Below are positions 61,291-64,000 of a DNA stretch of 64,000 bases, piece by piece (position 1 is the first letter of the stretch; each line of letters starts with the position of its first letter). The DNA is taken from contig NC_052158.1 in assembly GCF_902713615.1 (NCBI RefSeq), positions 86,436,822 through 86,500,821 on the forward strand, given 5' to 3'. The position numbers and the translations under genes were made by a program. The notes under the pieces were generated by a model. It was not told where the DNA came from and did not search any database. It saw only the letters and a list, made by a program, of their open reading frames with translations. This DNA comes from Scyliorhinus canicula (lineage: Eukaryota).

Positions 61291-63524
61291 TTTTTAAAAC
61301 GATTTGATGGAGCAATACATTTCCTTGTTAAAAACAGATTTCATTAATTAATTGAATGAATTTTTCTTAATAGTCATCTGTGATAATTAAATTTAAGCTT
61401 ATTATTAAAGATCACATTGCCTACATGTTTGAAGATCACATTCACTGCATGTTTAATTCAATATTTCTGCCCGTGATAGAAAATTATTTTTAATTTATTA
61501 CATTTTACAATTTTGTATTAGTATTTTGTTCTGATCCCAGCTGCTGTTGGTACTGGACAAAACAGATGCCAGTGAAACCAGGTTTGATTGAGCATATATT
61601 TTTTTGAAACCGTGGCGGACGGTTACTGAACAAATTCACAGGAGTCTCCTAATAAACTTTTATCACAAAGAATAAAACATTTATTAAATAAGAAAAGTAA
61701 ACTACATTACAACAAACAAAAAGGTTTGGAAGATCTCAACACGAACACAAGAATATGATTCTAATATTCACTATTCCATCACCCCAGCTAAGGTTTTAAG
61801 ACACAGACAAATTAGAAGAGGTAAAACAGTTAACCATATCTAACTTATTTCTAATATCCAGGGCAAGTATGTGTTACAAGTGAATTTAGAGGCTAACTGT
61901 AGTCAGACATAAAAATTTAAAAGTAAATGACAGATGCAACCAAGCACATTCCCTGGCTTTCTCCACAAACTACCCAAACGCTTGTCGCATTGAGTTAACC
62001 AGTCTCACTAAAACCTTGGGCTGGATTCTCTGTTCAGGAGAGCATGTTCTGCCATTGGAGCGGAATCAATTCTGGTTTGCACTGATGCGAGGAGCAGCGC
62101 CCAGAAATTATTTGCTCTCCCCAGCCGTGTAAATTTATGCATTGCGGGGATTACTATCAGGTCGCCATTTTGAGCAGACGGTCGATCACAAGGCCTTGGG
62201 GCTGGCTCCGTTCCCTCCCCACGATGCAAATATTGACCCCCGCTGACAATTAGGGGCAGCCTTTCCCTCCTCCCCATCACAGGAATTGCTGGGTCAAACC
62301 CCCACAGAACTCACGCAAGATGCTGACCCGATTCCCCCCCCCCCCCACCAGAGAATCCGTCTATATCAGGAAACCCCTGCCTATAACAGGGAACATCTCT
62401 TCTTCCCCTCCCCCTTCCATTGCAGGGAATGTTAATCCCCCCTGCCTCTCATAACAGGGAACCATACCCCTGTCCCCCATCAGTCACTCTGGCCTGGAAG
62501 CTAAAGAGCAGTACAGGCAGAAAGTGTAAAAAGCACTGCTTTTTTTATTCACCTGTACCTTACACCGGCTGCCCCAGACAGATCTAGAAAGCAGCAGCTT
62601 CAATTTAGTAGAAAACCAAATCCACGTCACAAGACTTTAAACTCCCTTATTTTCCTTTGATCTGCAAGGCTTCTATTCACTTCAAAAATAAATAGCTTTT
62701 ATAGTCTGTAGTTGACGGGTTCCAGACAGCCAGATGTCTATATTGCATATTTACATCTCCTTTCATGCTTGAATGCATTTCAAATACTCTACTGTGAACT
62801 TAACCACGAGGTTTATAAACATCTGGCTCTGATTAACAGCTCCTGATCACAGCAGAAGCAGTTAAGTGCTTTCTGCCGAGATACACAGGAAGTCCTAGAT
62901 GAGGTAATCTCTGGTGGCCAGAGAGGGGCGGGGCAGGGATGTGGGAGAAGGGAGGTAGTCTCTGGTGGCCGGGAGTGGGGGAAGAAGGTAAAGTGGTCTC
63001 TGGCGAGTGGGTTGCTCTGGCAGGTCTGTGGTCAGGGGCATGCTGCCGAATACTTGCACCAATGCATGCCTGCATGAATCCTGGCCAGAAGGCTGGGGCA
63101 TCATGGAGAATCACATGCCCAGCCGGATTCATAGGGCATGGCACAAACCTTGATGCCACTACTAGTGGGGGACTGGAGCATAGCAAACAAATCAGCGCCT
63201 GTTTTCTCTCCCAACATAGGATTCTCCACCACATTAGGCACCCCGTTACCGGGGGAGGATCCAGTCCTTTGCCTTTATCGCAAATGCTTCCAATCTCCAA
63301 CTTTGAACAATGTGCTTTGGAATTCTCTTCAAACATTGCTCCCACTTGGACAGTTTCAACTAGTTGCACCTACAGGCTTTCAATCTCACCTTCTGAGACT
63401 CCTTTCCCTTGGACATCCAACTACATTCAAGGTTTACCTCCGAAGCACACATTTAGATCTTAAATCATGCCAAGCAGAACACTACTGCTCAAAGGGCCCA
63501 CAGTAAGAATCACCAGCCTGAATG

Positions 63525-63705
63525 AAAAAATGAAATGAAAGTCGCTTGTCACGAGTAGGCTTCAATGAAGTTATTGTGAAAAGCCCCTAGTCACCACATT
63601 CCGGCGCCTGTTCGGGCAGGCTTGTACGGGAATTGAACCATGCTGCTGGCCTGCCAAGGTCTGCTTTGAAAGCCAGCGATTTAGCCCTGTGTGCTAAACC
63701 AGCCT
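63525..63705 (-). mobile_element. Short tRNA-derived SINE (same family as 57074)
   Basis: Reverse-complement match to 57074-57256. Confidence 0.82.
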
Positions 63706-64000
63706 TTGGATGCCTCCTCAGATCAGGCCTCCTCTCAAACCCGCTTTGTTTTAGGTCTGCTCTGTGCAGTTCTCTAACTCAGAACTTACTGCTTTGCTTC
63801 TTTTTTTTTTAACCGTGACTTATGTATTGGTGCAAGTCCCCAACCTCGGTAAATGGGGAGGGTTGGTGACAAGGACACCCGGTTGTAAAACCACCATCAT
63901 ATTAAAAAAAGGTTGCTACAACGATGATCAATGAACATTGTGGCAACCCTATATAACATGGGACTTTAATTGTTACATTCATTGTCTCAGTTTCTCTGTT

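Noticed and set aside
26762-64000. SPRY-domain exon of the SPSB gene
   Set aside because: No ORF with SPRY motifs (e.g. HPVAQSTD, WGWDLG) on either strand; it must lie beyond the window.

Overview
Repeat-dense eukaryotic DNA. The HE1-type tRNA SINEs and the CR1/L2/Rex1/L1/RTE/Penelope remnants point to a cartilaginous fish such as a catshark (inferred). The only host coding sequence I can support is the last coding exon (SOCS box) of an SPSB4-like gene on the minus strand (26632-26759). No SPRY-domain exon is present, so everything to its right is probably intron. The most notable content is a family of env-less, retrovirus-like LTR elements in three copies: a gag-pro-pol provirus (B, 12784-22237, +), a pol-less gag-only relative (A, 998-6879, -) and a solo LTR (23582-24373, -). 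Where env would normally lie, A and B both carry a homologous small membrane-protein ORF. It has a hydrophobic N-terminus, a S/T/P-rich ectodomain, a TPTWC motif, a transmembrane helix and a polybasic tail, an architecture reminiscent of FAST-type small fusogens. It is reached by a conserved splice acceptor and apparently by a leader-encoded MRTNR peptide. A and B also share a two-fold-symmetric CTE-like RNA element and a hairpin next to the PPT. Both copies of the ORF are decayed and were reconstructed by eye. Other content: an internally deleted Gypsy element whose PBS position is complementary to its own LTR, a Penelope fragment with a hammerhead core, nested solo LTRs and Harbinger MITEs.
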